Shown here: piece by piece, positions 51,146-61,213 of the stretch | Layout of the letters: each line of letters begins with the position of its first letter | How positions within the stretch are numbered: the stretch's first letter is position 1 | Sequence record: OP557969.1 | Direction: 5' to 3' (one strand) | Source of the DNA: Escherichia phage ph0011 | Length of the DNA stretch: 64,000 nt | Notes under the pieces: generated by a model | Databases searched by the model: none | What the model saw: only the letters and a program-made list of their open reading frames with translations | Told to the model about the DNA's origin: nothing | Position numbers and translations under genes: made by a program

Positions 51146-51649
51146 ATGACACGCATTAATTTAGTACACGTTAAAGAGCTTGCTGACCAACATTTGATGG
51201 CTGAATATCGTGAACTTCCACGGGTGTTCGGTGCTGTACAAAAACACGTCCAAGCACGTAAGAGTGTCCGTAATTTCAAAATTAACAGTACTTATCTGTT
51301 AGGTTCAGGTCATGTGACATTTTTCTACGACAAGTTACTGTACTTACAAAAGCGTCATGTTGAGATTGTCAACGAATGTTTGCGTCGTGGTATGAAGATT
51401 CAAAACACAGAAGTAAACGACATTAGCAGCTTCCCTGATGAGTTTTGTAATGACTACGTACCTTCGGAGTCAGAGATTAAAATGTCTCGTGACCGTTTGA
51501 TTGAGAAGCTCCAGATGAAGCCTAAGTGGTATAAGTTTACTGCTGTTGAAATTCCACAGTACGTTAAAGATATGCAGAACGTAAAATCTAGTACTGATAT
51601 GTTCGAAGAAATTGAAGAGCAAATCAAAGATGAAATGAATAATTATTAA
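51146..51649 (+). CDS. denV: endonuclease V, pyrimidine-dimer DNA glycosylase
   Basis: [31 protein letters not shown]...[12 protein letters not shown] matches my recollection of T4 DenV nearly residue for residue over the N-terminal half. Confidence 0.85.
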   Translation: MTRINLVHVKELADQHLMAEYRELPRVFGAVQKHVQARKSVRNFKINSTYLLGSGHVTFFYDKLLYLQKRHVEIVNECLRRGMKIQNTEVNDISSFPDEFCNDYVPSESEIKMSRDRLIEKLQMKPKWYKFTAVEIPQYVKDMQNVKSSTDMFEEIEEQIKDEMNNY

Positions 51650-51654
51650 AGGTA

Positions 51655-51688
51655 AGGGTTGACTTCGGTCAACCCTTTTTGCTATAAT
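51655..51688 (+). promoter_or_regulatory. PeSL-like terminator-promoter module (copy 6)
   Basis: AAGGGTTGACTTCGGTCAACCCTTTTT + TATAAT. Confidence 0.7.
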
Positions 51689-51716
51689 CATTTCATCAAC
51701 TACAGAGGGTAACGAA

Positions 51717-52490
51717 ATGAACCGTACAGAAAAAGCACTTCAAATCGAAAAAAACTTCAACTCTATGATGGCAGCACTGGAATGTCTTCTGGATACACAA
51801 ACCAACTCCATCAATTCTTTGATTGTATCAGGAAAAGGTGGTGTTGGTAAAACTTACAACGTTGACCAGCGTTTACGGAAAGCGGATGATAACTTTGAAA
51901 TTGACTACAAAAAAATCAGTGGTAAAGTAACTACTGTGGGTCTGTACGAAGCACTGTATCGTTCACGTCATGCTGCTTCTGTACTGTTGCTGGATGATGT
52001 TGATATCTTCTCTGATGAGACTAACATTGACTTACTCAAAGCTGTATTGGATACATCTGAAAAGCGTGTAGTATCATATGCAACATCTGCTAAGTACCTT
52101 GAACAGCAGGGTATTCCTAAGCAGTTTGAATTCCGTGGTAAGGTTATCTTCCTGACGAACAAAAACCTGTCACAGATTGCTAAAGGTAAAAGTAGTTTAG
52201 CACCACACATCGATGCACTTATTACTCGTAGCATCTTTGTTGACCTGCAACTGTTTACAAATGAAGAAGTAATGATTCACATTGAAAACATTATGAACAA
52301 AACAAACATCCTTGAAAACAATGGTGTTAACAAAAATGGTTGCAAAGCAATTCTGAATTGGATGCTGAACAATGAAGATCGTCTGCGTAGCCCATCACTG
52401 CGTATGCCAGTACTGATCGCTGGTTTGTATAATAAATTCCCATACGACTGGGAGTCAATGGCAGAGAATATGTTCCTTGAGAAAATTTAA
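51717..52490 (+). CDS. P-loop NTPase
   Basis: Walker A SGKGGVGKT, Walker B-like VLLLDDVD. Confidence 0.55.
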   Translation: MNRTEKALQIEKNFNSMMAALECLLDTQTNSINSLIVSGKGGVGKTYNVDQRLRKADDNFEIDYKKISGKVTTVGLYEALYRSRHAASVLLLDDVDIFSDETNIDLLKAVLDTSEKRVVSYATSAKYLEQQGIPKQFEFRGKVIFLTNKNLSQIAKGKSSLAPHIDALITRSIFVDLQLFTNEEVMIHIENIMNKTNILENNGVNKNGCKAILNWMLNNEDRLRSPSLRMPVLIAGLYNKFPYDWESMAENMFLEKI

Positions 52491-52552
52491 TTATATGTGT
52501 TGACGATTCTACTATAGTGTAGTACTATAATACTTCATTCTGGAGATACGAT

Positions 52553-52894
52553 ATGCTTGAGTTTTTTAATTCAAATACAATGCTTGGTATTACTTTAATT
52601 TACATGTTTGTATTTTTGTTTTATCATTCAATTGTAATTAGCCTGTGGTATTTTAAAAGGAAAGTTGTTTTTAAATTGTATTCGTATGATAATGTATTCT
52701 TAGTTGTATATAGTATTGTACAAGGTGGGTTTATTTTATTTGGTATTATGACTTATTTCATTTATCGATTGGAAATTGATAATACACCACACATTACACA
52801 ATATGTTGTGTTTTCTGGACTAATCGTGTGGTTGTTGACATGTGTCGTGTACTTTATTATTAAAGCTCGTGACAAAATTAAAGGGGAATTCTAA
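52553..52894 (+). CDS. small membrane protein family A, member 4
   Basis: LWYFKRK after TM1; C-terminal ARDKIKGEF. Confidence 0.5.
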   Translation: MLEFFNSNTMLGITLIYMFVFLFYHSIVISLWYFKRKVVFKLYSYDNVFLVVYSIVQGGFILFGIMTYFIYRLEIDNTPHITQYVVFSGLIVWLLTCVVYFIIKARDKIKGEF

Positions 52895-53232
52895 TGTTAA
52901 CATTTTTTCAGTCAGATACAATGATTAGTATTACGTTGATTTATCTGTTTGGATTTTTCTTTTATCATGCACTAGTTGTAGTACTATGGTATTTTAAAAA
53001 GAATATAGTTTTCAAACTGTATCCTAAAGGAAACGTTTCATTACTTCTTTTCACTATTATCCAAGGTATCTTTGCAATTTTTGGTATTACTGCACATTTA
53101 ATTTATTGTGCTAATCCACATTTGAACTCAATATCACAATACATTGTATTTTTTGGATTACTAATTTGGGTACTAATATACGTAACTAATCTCATCATTA
53201 ATGGTAGAGCTAAAATTCACGGAGACTTTTAA
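52894..53232 (+). CDS. small membrane protein family A, member 5
   Basis: close paralog of 52553 (MLTFFQSDTMISITLIY...). Confidence 0.5.
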   Translation: MLTFFQSDTMISITLIYLFGFFFYHALVVVLWYFKKNIVFKLYPKGNVSLLLFTIIQGIFAIFGITAHLIYCANPHLNSISQYIVFFGLLIWVLIYVTNLIINGRAKIHGDF

Positions 53233-53579
53233 TGTTTGAATCTTATCTTGACTTTTTAAGGAATAGTCCAGTAGCACACTCACTTGCTGGGATTGTTCTA
53301 TCAGGCTATATCACATTTTGGGTAGTTATGTTTCTAGGATGGTATTTTAAACGACAATTCTATAAGCGTAACGGTGAAGATTTTATGAATTCTGCTATTA
53401 ATCAATCGTTGTTTGCATCAACATTGATAGCATCAATTGTAGCAACACTCACTGGTGCAGTTCTATCAGCATTCGCCGCAGTTTACGGCACACTTGGAGT
53501 GGTATGTTTATCTTTAATATTGATCATTAAACTTTGTTGTGTTATGATTGAACTTCGAAATAAGATACCGGAGGAATGA
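53232..53579 (+). CDS. small membrane protein family A, member 6
   Basis: GWYFKRQ; C-terminal ELRNKIPEE. Confidence 0.5.
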   Translation: MFESYLDFLRNSPVAHSLAGIVLSGYITFWVVMFLGWYFKRQFYKRNGEDFMNSAINQSLFASTLIASIVATLTGAVLSAFAAVYGTLGVVCLSLILIIKLCCVMIELRNKIPEE

Positions 53580-53914
53580 TGGAGTATTTTATTGATTTAC
53601 TGCCGTGGTATATGAAAGTGAGTATTTTATACTATATTATTAGTACTGGATTCTACTTCCTGATGTGGTTTTTTAAACGACCAATTTCAGTGTACATTGC
53701 TGATAACATGCTGCAATTAAAATTACAAGCATGGTTTTATATGGCGATGTTTATGCCTATTATTCACTATTCAATGATTAGTCTAGGTTTACGTTCTAAT
53801 GGTGAACCAATTGTATTAGTATTCTATTGGACTTCAACTCTAGTATATGTCGGTTTGTTGTTATACCCAATCGTTCATATATTACGTGCTAAAGTTCCTG
53901 ATGCGAGGTACTAA
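53576..53914 (+). CDS. small membrane protein family A, member 7
   Basis: WFFKRP; C-terminal LRAKVPDARY. Confidence 0.5.
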   Translation: MMEYFIDLLPWYMKVSILYYIISTGFYFLMWFFKRPISVYIADNMLQLKLQAWFYMAMFMPIIHYSMISLGLRSNGEPIVLVFYWTSTLVYVGLLLYPIVHILRAKVPDARY

Positions 53915-54228
53915 TGGATATAGTAACATTGATTTACACGTTGTATTCATTCTATTTTATTATGTGTTGGATTGGATTTTTATTTGTACTGAAGACGTTT
54001 GATTATGTTGAAAGACAGATAAAAGAATTTTGTATTCCTTTTATTGGGTCAACCATAATTAGTATTACTTGTTTGTATTATTTGGTATGTGATCCACCAG
54101 ATAACACTGCAATGATTGACTTTATGTTAGCACCAACTACTGTTATTTTTTTATGTAGTCTGCTGCCACCTATTAGTCGTGGGTTAGCAGAATTTAGACG
54201 CAAACAAAAGCTTAAACGAGGGATGTAA
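53914..54228 (+). CDS. small membrane protein family A, member 8
   Basis: tandem position, TM-rich, basic C-terminus. Confidence 0.45.
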   Translation: MDIVTLIYTLYSFYFIMCWIGFLFVLKTFDYVERQIKEFCIPFIGSTIISITCLYYLVCDPPDNTAMIDFMLAPTTVIFLCSLLPPISRGLAEFRRKQKLKRGM

Positions 54229-54596
54229 TGGAAATCACACTTATTATATTAACTTCTATGTTGTTTATTAGTACAGTTGTTATTATTGGCAAGTTCTTCT
54301 GTGTATCCTTCTTGGAAACCGTATATGATGAAATTGCAGATGATTATGAATTAGAAGCAGGATTTTTTATTACGTATTGGGTTAGTTTATTACTGCTTAT
54401 CACAGTATGGGTTTTGCATATATTCCAATGGGGTATGGTTGGTGATGATCCATTACTGGGAATTATTTGTGCGACATTTGGGCTACTGACTGGTGCTGCC
54501 CACAATCTGATAGTAATTGTGCAAACTATAAAATGCGTATTAGTTCCACATTTTCAGAGAATGCACCAAAACATTAAACGCCGCAAACGAGGTTAA
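54228..54596 (+). CDS. small membrane protein family A, member 9
   Basis: tandem position, TM-rich, basic C-terminus. Confidence 0.45.
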   Translation: MEITLIILTSMLFISTVVIIGKFFCVSFLETVYDEIADDYELEAGFFITYWVSLLLLITVWVLHIFQWGMVGDDPLLGIICATFGLLTGAAHNLIVIVQTIKCVLVPHFQRMHQNIKRRKRG

Positions 54597-54597
54597 T

Positions 54598-54960
54598 ATG
54601 AACGGGATAGAGTTATCTGTGTTTGGTCAATCACTAATAATTATTAATACTTTCTTTTTCTCACTTAATTCATTTATGTGTATTGGGAAGTATTTTCATA
54701 AACGACCATTATCAAATATATATGATGTAATTCAAACGAGATATAGTCCAGCATATACTATAGTTATTAGCAGTTTCAATTTTGGTTTTGTTTTATTAGT
54801 AATTGGAATGTTAACATCAACGTTGAATATCATCACATTCGGTCTTATGATATGTTCATTGGCATTAACATTAGTTATATGTTGTTTAGTACTACACCTT
54901 ATGGTTCTATTATATTTAAAGATATATGAAATTCACCACCGCTTAGGTACGAGGAAATGA
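54598..54960 (+). CDS. small membrane protein family A, member 10
   Basis: GKYFHKRP; TM-rich. Confidence 0.45.
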   Translation: MNGIELSVFGQSLIIINTFFFSLNSFMCIGKYFHKRPLSNIYDVIQTRYSPAYTIVISSFNFGFVLLVIGMLTSTLNIITFGLMICSLALTLVICCLVLHLMVLLYLKIYEIHHRLGTRK

Positions 54961-54961
54961 T

Positions 54962-55333
54962 ATGAGTTATCGTGAAGTATTTTCTATAATTTCAATTATT
55001 ATGTTCAGTGCTGGAACATTGATTTGGTTACTATACTTTTTCTGTATTAATCCAGTGTATAATATGTTATGCAATATTAAATCAAGTACTGGCTATATGA
55101 CTTTTATGATCTTTATGGGATATTATTGTCTAAGCATTTTAGGTGTTTTTTTTGTTGTTATATTTGATATAGGGCCAAACAAGGACGGTCTACAAATGTA
55201 TGAGTTAATAACTATGTTTGGGTGTATGATACCAACCGCACTAATGTTTGTAGCTATTGGTTCTGGATGTATAAAGTTATACAATTATTTAAAATCCATT
55301 CATCATTACATTCATAATAAACGTATGTCCTAA
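54962..55333 (+). CDS. small membrane protein family A, member 11
   Basis: tandem position, TM-rich. Confidence 0.45.
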   Translation: MSYREVFSIISIIMFSAGTLIWLLYFFCINPVYNMLCNIKSSTGYMTFMIFMGYYCLSILGVFFVVIFDIGPNKDGLQMYELITMFGCMIPTALMFVAIGSGCIKLYNYLKSIHHYIHNKRMS

Positions 55334-55337
55334 TAAA

Positions 55338-55370
55338 AATCCAGTACTGAATAGTACTGGATTATTTGAG
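55338..55370 (+). terminator. rho-independent terminator
   Basis: AATCCAGTACTGAATAGTACTGGATTATTT. Confidence 0.55.
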
Positions 55371-55378
55371 GTAGAGCA

Positions 55379-56026
55379 ATGAAATCGAAATTAGGTTTGT
55401 TTTACAGTAATTATTTTGTTAAGCAGCGTAAATTTATAAAGAAATACTTCTCCACAGAGAAGTCCGGTCCTATTATTTTTAAAAGATCAAAATATCATAC
55501 TTACTTAGCTGGTGTTAAACAGTCTAAAAAATTTATTGCTCTATTAAATAAAAATAAAGTGAAAGCTTCTTATGTTGAAACCAGAAAGAATTCCCCTATA
55601 ACTCCTAGTGATTTTATTGAGTACGGGTGTTTTTATATTGAGAATAATGGTAACACCTATTTTATGGATATTGATTGTAATACATCGAATCTTTTTAACA
55701 TTGTAATAAAACCATCAAAACAATATAATATTTATGGTGATGCTATTATCAAATTGATCAAAAACAAAGATTGGTTTGATTTTGAAATAAATGTTTTAGA
55801 TGAAAATTTTGATGAAGTACCCATTAACCCTGAAATTTGTGATATTCTAAATAGTTTAAAAGGTAGTAGCTACAATATAACATCTGATTTAATGTTTCAG
55901 TACTCTTTAATACATAAAGATATTGAAGATTATATTGTGTGTGCTAAAATCTTGAATTATCTGTATGATGAATTTAAAAAGAGTTCTAAAATCACAGCAT
56001 TCACCCTTTATAATATTTCTGTATAA
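55379..56026 (+). CDS. hypothetical protein, distant EExFFQxST-family relative
   Basis: C-terminal SDLMFQYSLIHKDIEDY. Confidence 0.45.
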   Translation: MKSKLGLFYSNYFVKQRKFIKKYFSTEKSGPIIFKRSKYHTYLAGVKQSKKFIALLNKNKVKASYVETRKNSPITPSDFIEYGCFYIENNGNTYFMDIDCNTSNLFNIVIKPSKQYNIYGDAIIKLIKNKDWFDFEINVLDENFDEVPINPEICDILNSLKGSSYNITSDLMFQYSLIHKDIEDYIVCAKILNYLYDEFKKSSKITAFTLYNISV

Positions 56027-56037
56027 TTTAAAATATT

Positions 56038-56063
56038 AAAGCCAGTGCTCTCGTACTGGCTTT
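56038..56063. terminator. bidirectional terminator hairpin between convergent genes
   Basis: AAAGCCAGTGCTCTCGTACTGGCTTT. Confidence 0.55.
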
Positions 56064-56067
56064 AATA

Positions 56068-57213
56068 TTATTTTTTCCAAGGAAGTAACGAAGTTGGAAT
56101 TTTGATAGGTATATTTGATGAAACAACATCAGGAAAATTTGCATCCCCACAAACATACAAATTATCGTCTTCGTCTATCAACAATATATAGTTGTAACTT
56201 CTACAAAACCCATTTAAACTTCTTCCCTCTAATGCAGATAAATTTATTTCAGTGAATTGTGTTATATATGTTTCATTTGAACCAACACCACATTGACCAT
56301 TAGCATTTATACCACAAGTAAGCAATTTATTATTGTTTTGAATTATACATGATGGTCCAGCAAGGTTCGTACCTAGTTCACCTACAACATTAACCTCACC
56401 TTGTAATGATAAATTTGGAATCACTGTACTCATTGGGACACGAGATGTATTTCCAACACCGGCTTGACCTGAACCATTAGTGGATGCTACTTTAACAGTA
56501 CCGTCATTAAGAAAAATATAAGATGTTTCGATTGTATTAACTGCTTGAGTAGCTGATGTTATTGACGTATCCTGTTTGAAACTAAGTACATTTGTTGTTG
56601 TCGAACCAGAGATAAATGTAGCACCTGCGTACCAATATGTTCCATCCTGGAGTACTAAACCAGTACTTCTAATTGAACACCCAGCACTTCGAACATTTTC
56701 TATATGACTATATGTAAAGGTTGATACAATTGAAGATTCACCATTACCGAATACCCCACCAGTACCTGCACCACAGAAAAACCATTTGCCGTTTTTCAAA
56801 AATACACGCATACAAGCAGAAATAACCACACTATCAATATCACTTGCAGTTACACCAAAATCGGTAAAGAAATGAGTTATATCAATCCAATTGCCACCAG
56901 TATTTGATGGGAGATGTGGAATTACCACTCTAGTCCCTGTGTACCAGATTGTATCATCATCTTTAATAACAAGCGTACCTTGAACACCACCCCAATACCT
57001 GATTACATTAGTATTAACAAGTGTCCACTCAGTAGATGATTCCGTTGAGCCATTACCACCTTGACCATATGATGATGAACCACACCAGTATAAATCGCCA
57101 TTTTTATTTAAATAAAATTTTGCATCAGCCGAACATTGTAATCTGTATTTGAATACTGTTTTTGGTGCTGGTGCAATATTTGCATACTTAATCATTCTTC
57201 CAAAAGGTATCAT
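56068..57213 (-). CDS. beta-propeller (RCC1-like repeat) protein, MLPFGRM family paralog 5
   Basis: start MIPFGRMIKYANIAP after GGAGG; repeats like DLYWCGSSSYGQGGNG. Confidence 0.55.
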   Translation of the reverse strand: MIPFGRMIKYANIAPAPKTVFKYRLQCSADAKFYLNKNGDLYWCGSSSYGQGGNGSTESSTEWTLVNTNVIRYWGGVQGTLVIKDDDTIWYTGTRVVIPHLPSNTGGNWIDITHFFTDFGVTASDIDSVVISACMRVFLKNGKWFFCGAGTGGVFGNGESSIVSTFTYSHIENVRSAGCSIRSTGLVLQDGTYWYAGATFISGSTTTNVLSFKQDTSITSATQAVNTIETSYIFLNDGTVKVASTNGSGQAGVGNTSRVPMSTVIPNLSLQGEVNVVGELGTNLAGPSCIIQNNNKLLTCGINANGQCGVGSNETYITQFTEINLSALEGRSLNGFCRSYNYILLIDEDDNLYVCGDANFPDVVSSNIPIKIPTSLLPWKK

Positions 57214-57284
57214 ATTTCCTCCTTTATCCATTGTACTGTATTTAATCCAAATTAGAAAAGCCAGTATCAAGTACTGGCATTGTA

Positions 57285-58634
57285 TTATTGTAATGGAATT
57301 TCAGTGAGTGTTTTATATGTACTTCCGTTATACACCCCTCTCCAATATACTTTACCATCAGTGCTAATCACTAATAATCCATATGTTGTAAACCCAAGAG
57401 TACCACCAACATACATAGCATCTTTGATTCTAATACCAATGTCTTCATATGTAAATGACGCGACCGCACCCGCTTGCCATGAAGGACTAGCGTAGTAATC
57501 ACTATAAACACCATGTGCTTTATATATTGATGTTGTTCCTGGTTCAAAAATTACAGTTCCACAGTAGTTCATTCGTATTTTAGTACTGGATGACGTTGGT
57601 ACATTTATACCCACGTCATCTTTTATCCCTGTGGTTAGAACGTTAAAACCCCCCGCCACACGGTTGACATCATTCTCACCGATTGAATACATACCAACGT
57701 TGTAGCCCATATAATACACACTAGAACTTCCATTCCAGAAAGAAAAACCACCACCATTACCACAGCGATATAGTTGTGAATTTGAGCAGTACATCATACC
57801 TTCGTTTGTTGCATCAAATTCATCTGCTGTTCCGATCACAGCCACTGTAGTCCATGTTTTAATCACTTGGTTTGCACTAGCGGGTTTTTGAATACCATAT
57901 CGTATATTATATCCTTTACCGACTATTGTACCATCTTCTAATTTGGCATAAAGTACAGGTCTATTACCAACAAAATACATATTATTGTGTGACATGTCTA
58001 TTGTACGTCTTAATGAAACTACTTTTTTTGTCAATTGATTATCTTTAGTAAAAGACGTAAAGTAGTAATCCGATGTTGAATTGTTTATTAAACCTTGTAT
58101 TGACAACCCCATATACCAGATTTCTCCCTTACTATTCAAAGCTGCCAAAATACAACTATATTTTGAAGTGTATGTTGGGTTTACTGAAGTTGCTGGTCCT
58201 TTGTCATATCCACCACAGAATACCATCTCCACAACTTCACCTACGTTAGCAAAATAAGAAGATACGTTGATAAAACCATTTGTTATAAAAGGTGCTGTAT
58301 TTATACTTGAATGTGTGAATATCCCATTTGCATATACACCACAAAAATGATATGAACCATCATTATCTTGGACTATTATCCCATTTGATAGTAACCAAAA
58401 ATTGTTTACATTTTTTCTTACTAATTCGATTCCTGCCCCATTAGTTGGTGTTATACCAAAAGAAACATATTTTGTTTGACCAATTCCATATAAATTTCCA
58501 TTTGATGCTAATATTGCACCAAACCAATTACCACCACCATTCTTGTTATGACCCATGCCGATAGAATCGAATTTCTTAACAGTAGGAATTTGTACTTTAT
58601 TTCCATAATTCATCATCCTTCCAAAAGGTAACAT
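57285..58634 (-). CDS. beta-propeller-like repeat protein, MLPFGRM family paralog 4
   Basis: MLPFGRMMNYGNKV; GGAGG RBS; repeats NLYGIGQTKY, QLYRCGNGGG. Confidence 0.55.
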   Translation of the reverse strand: MLPFGRMMNYGNKVQIPTVKKFDSIGMGHNKNGGGNWFGAILASNGNLYGIGQTKYVSFGITPTNGAGIELVRKNVNNFWLLSNGIIVQDNDGSYHFCGVYANGIFTHSSINTAPFITNGFINVSSYFANVGEVVEMVFCGGYDKGPATSVNPTYTSKYSCILAALNSKGEIWYMGLSIQGLINNSTSDYYFTSFTKDNQLTKKVVSLRRTIDMSHNNMYFVGNRPVLYAKLEDGTIVGKGYNIRYGIQKPASANQVIKTWTTVAVIGTADEFDATNEGMMYCSNSQLYRCGNGGGFSFWNGSSSVYYMGYNVGMYSIGENDVNRVAGGFNVLTTGIKDDVGINVPTSSSTKIRMNYCGTVIFEPGTTSIYKAHGVYSDYYASPSWQAGAVASFTYEDIGIRIKDAMYVGGTLGFTTYGLLVISTDGKVYWRGVYNGSTYKTLTEIPLQ

Positions 58635-58705
58635 ACTTCCTCCTTATTCATCATACTATATTTAATACAAATAAGAAAAGCCAGTATCAAGTACTGGCTT
58701 TTACA

Positions 58706-59896
58706 TTACAATTGTCTAGGTGTATCCAGAACATATCTATTTGTTTTAGGACCACCATCATCATAAGTTCCGGTTGAATATATATTTTTCATATCAGCAG
58801 TTAGGAAAGTACGCAACGAACCGCGATATATTTTTATTTTATCATACATAGAATATGTTATTTCTGACGGCAATGGACATGCAGTAAATTTACCAATGGT
58901 AGCATCATAACCAACACCCAATGTGCCAGCATAACTACTCGCATTTAAACCAGTTGCATATACACCTGCACTCGTAACTAGTATACTAGATTGTGCTGGG
59001 TATCCAGTATGGATTGAATAATAAGTACCGGGTGGTAATGTAGCACTATTATTTCCTAAAACTCCATTAACATTGCTAGATGTAGTTTTATTTCCCCATG
59101 CTCCATTATTAGCTAATCCACCAACTAGAAACTGACGTGCTCCTGTACTTGGATTCTCTACTAAAGCACTGACAGCACCAAATGAACAAACAGTATATTG
59201 TAATGTTTTTGTATATGTGGTACTTGGCTGATATAAAGTATATTCATTAAATGGTGTCCATGTGGTACTAGTACTTATGCCAGATGTACTACCACCAATA
59301 TATAAATTATTTTGTGTATCAAAAAACATTGCACAGTAATTTGTTGACTGTATTTGTGCAATATCTACATCTGGTGTTACCGCTTTAACAAATGAACCAT
59401 CTGATATTTGATAAGTAGTTCCTGTACCATCTGCGAATTGTCTAGCACTATTCCACCCTGTACTCCATATTGTATTATTATCCATTAAGAAAGTAAACCA
59501 CGTAGTACCTGCATACATTTGTTTAATTGAAGTACTTGAACTTTGTTTGTACAAATTTTCAATATATTGGTTATAACTTAAAAACGTAGTAGTACTAGTT
59601 TCTAAACCAATATGACTACCATATCCACAATAAAAATAATTTAAGTCATTATCTTGAACTAACAAAGTTCCTTGTGTCATCCAGCAATCTTTGACATTTT
59701 CTCTAATTAATGTCCACGACCTTACTGCATTATTATTTCCTCTACCAAACTTCCCCCAACTATTACTGCCTCGTGCGTATAGTTGACCGTCGGTATAAAG
59801 TACAACAACCTCAGTATCAGTTGGTATTATTTTCTTAATTTGAAGTGGGACGGGTACAATATTCCCGTACTTAACTATTCTCCCAAAAGGTAACAT
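58706..59896 (-). CDS. beta-propeller (RCC1-like repeat) protein, MLPFGRM family paralog 3
   Basis: MLPFGRIVKYGNIVP; repeats QLYARGSNSWGKFGRGNNN. Confidence 0.55.
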   Translation of the reverse strand: MLPFGRIVKYGNIVPVPLQIKKIIPTDTEVVVLYTDGQLYARGSNSWGKFGRGNNNAVRSWTLIRENVKDCWMTQGTLLVQDNDLNYFYCGYGSHIGLETSTTTFLSYNQYIENLYKQSSSTSIKQMYAGTTWFTFLMDNNTIWSTGWNSARQFADGTGTTYQISDGSFVKAVTPDVDIAQIQSTNYCAMFFDTQNNLYIGGSTSGISTSTTWTPFNEYTLYQPSTTYTKTLQYTVCSFGAVSALVENPSTGARQFLVGGLANNGAWGNKTTSSNVNGVLGNNSATLPPGTYYSIHTGYPAQSSILVTSAGVYATGLNASSYAGTLGVGYDATIGKFTACPLPSEITYSMYDKIKIYRGSLRTFLTADMKNIYSTGTYDDGGPKTNRYVLDTPRQL

Positions 59897-59966
59897 ATTC
59901 CCTCCTTATTCATTATACTATATTTAATACAAATAATAAAAGCCAGTATCAAGTACTGGCCTATAT

Positions 59967-61136
59967 TTAAACTGGCGAATCTAATATAAATTCTAAACTA
60001 CTAATGCCACCATATGTGACATCTGTTCCCGTGCTATATACAAAATTACCATCAGTTATATAAGTTCGGTTATAACTACCTGCCATCTGTGACTTACTAT
60101 AATCAAACCCATCAGGTACGATTGCTTTGGTATATACTAATGCATTAGTAGATGTACCAATACCTAACATACCAGCTTGTGTAGATTGATTGTAGCCGCA
60201 ACAATATATACCATCTGTTGTAGCAATAACTTGGTTATAATTTGAAGTATTGTTAGCAATGCTTACTACATCACCAGGTGGCATTAGTGATGCTGTTTGT
60301 ACATCAAATGCTCTATAATCTTTGAGAGAACCATCTTTCCCATCTGCTTGTGCACCAAATATTCTTGAACCACCATTTGCGATGATAGTTTTACCAGTGG
60401 GATCAGTGCCTATTGCCATTGCCATTGAAGTACCATTATTCACATAGTACTTTATATTAATTGTATTACTTAAGCTGGTAGGAGCACCATAATATATATT
60501 ATATAACTTACTTCCTGAACTTGTAACTGCATTGACTCTTCCTGTATAAAATAACCATCCTTGGCTTGTAACATAACCGTGCATTAAATTACTTGCAAAC
60601 AATTTAACAGGTAATTGATTTGCTGCGGTAGGAACAGTACTTTTGACGAATCTACCAGAAACATTGTTAATTGTTGTCCCATCACCCAACTGACCATCCG
60701 ACCCTACTCCAGTACTCCATATTGTTTGGTCTGATAGTAACACACTTGTAGTCTGATAACTAACGGCTATATCTAATATTGGTAATGTTAATGTATTGAA
60801 TATAGGCATAGCAGATGTCCATATTGATACTCCTGACCCTTTCATACCAACAGTTGTTGAACTTCCACTGTACCATATTTCATTATTGCTTTTCTTAACA
60901 ACTATCGACGTGGCTCCCATCCAAAAATCTTCAACACCAGAAGTACTAAAAGTCCATGTAGTAACAGTATTTTTGTGACCTAAACCCAAAATACCATATG
61001 CATTATCACCACGCACATATAAATCACCACTGTTTGTTAAAACAGCAACATTATAGTTGTTAGCAAGTATTTTTTTAATATTTGGTTTAGCAGGTGCAAT
61101 ATTCCCGTACTTAACCATCCTCGCAAAAGGTAACAA
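59967..61136 (-). CDS. beta-propeller (RCC1-like repeat) protein, MLPFGRM family paralog 2 (TTG start)
   Basis: (M)LPFARMVKYGNIAP; initiation codon is TTG where paralogs have ATG; repeats DLYVRGDNAYGILGLGHKN. Confidence 0.5.
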   Translation of the reverse strand: MLPFARMVKYGNIAPAKPNIKKILANNYNVAVLTNSGDLYVRGDNAYGILGLGHKNTVTTWTFSTSGVEDFWMGATSIVVKKSNNEIWYSGSSTTVGMKGSGVSIWTSAMPIFNTLTLPILDIAVSYQTTSVLLSDQTIWSTGVGSDGQLGDGTTINNVSGRFVKSTVPTAANQLPVKLFASNLMHGYVTSQGWLFYTGRVNAVTSSGSKLYNIYYGAPTSLSNTINIKYYVNNGTSMAMAIGTDPTGKTIIANGGSRIFGAQADGKDGSLKDYRAFDVQTASLMPPGDVVSIANNTSNYNQVIATTDGIYCCGYNQSTQAGMLGIGTSTNALVYTKAIVPDGFDYSKSQMAGSYNRTYITDGNFVYSTGTDVTYGGISSLEFILDSPV

Positions 61137-61213
61137 AATTAAATCTCCAAAATTAAAATAATTATATAGTATTTACAAAAAATACTAGTACATATTTCAG
61201 TACTGGCCTATTA

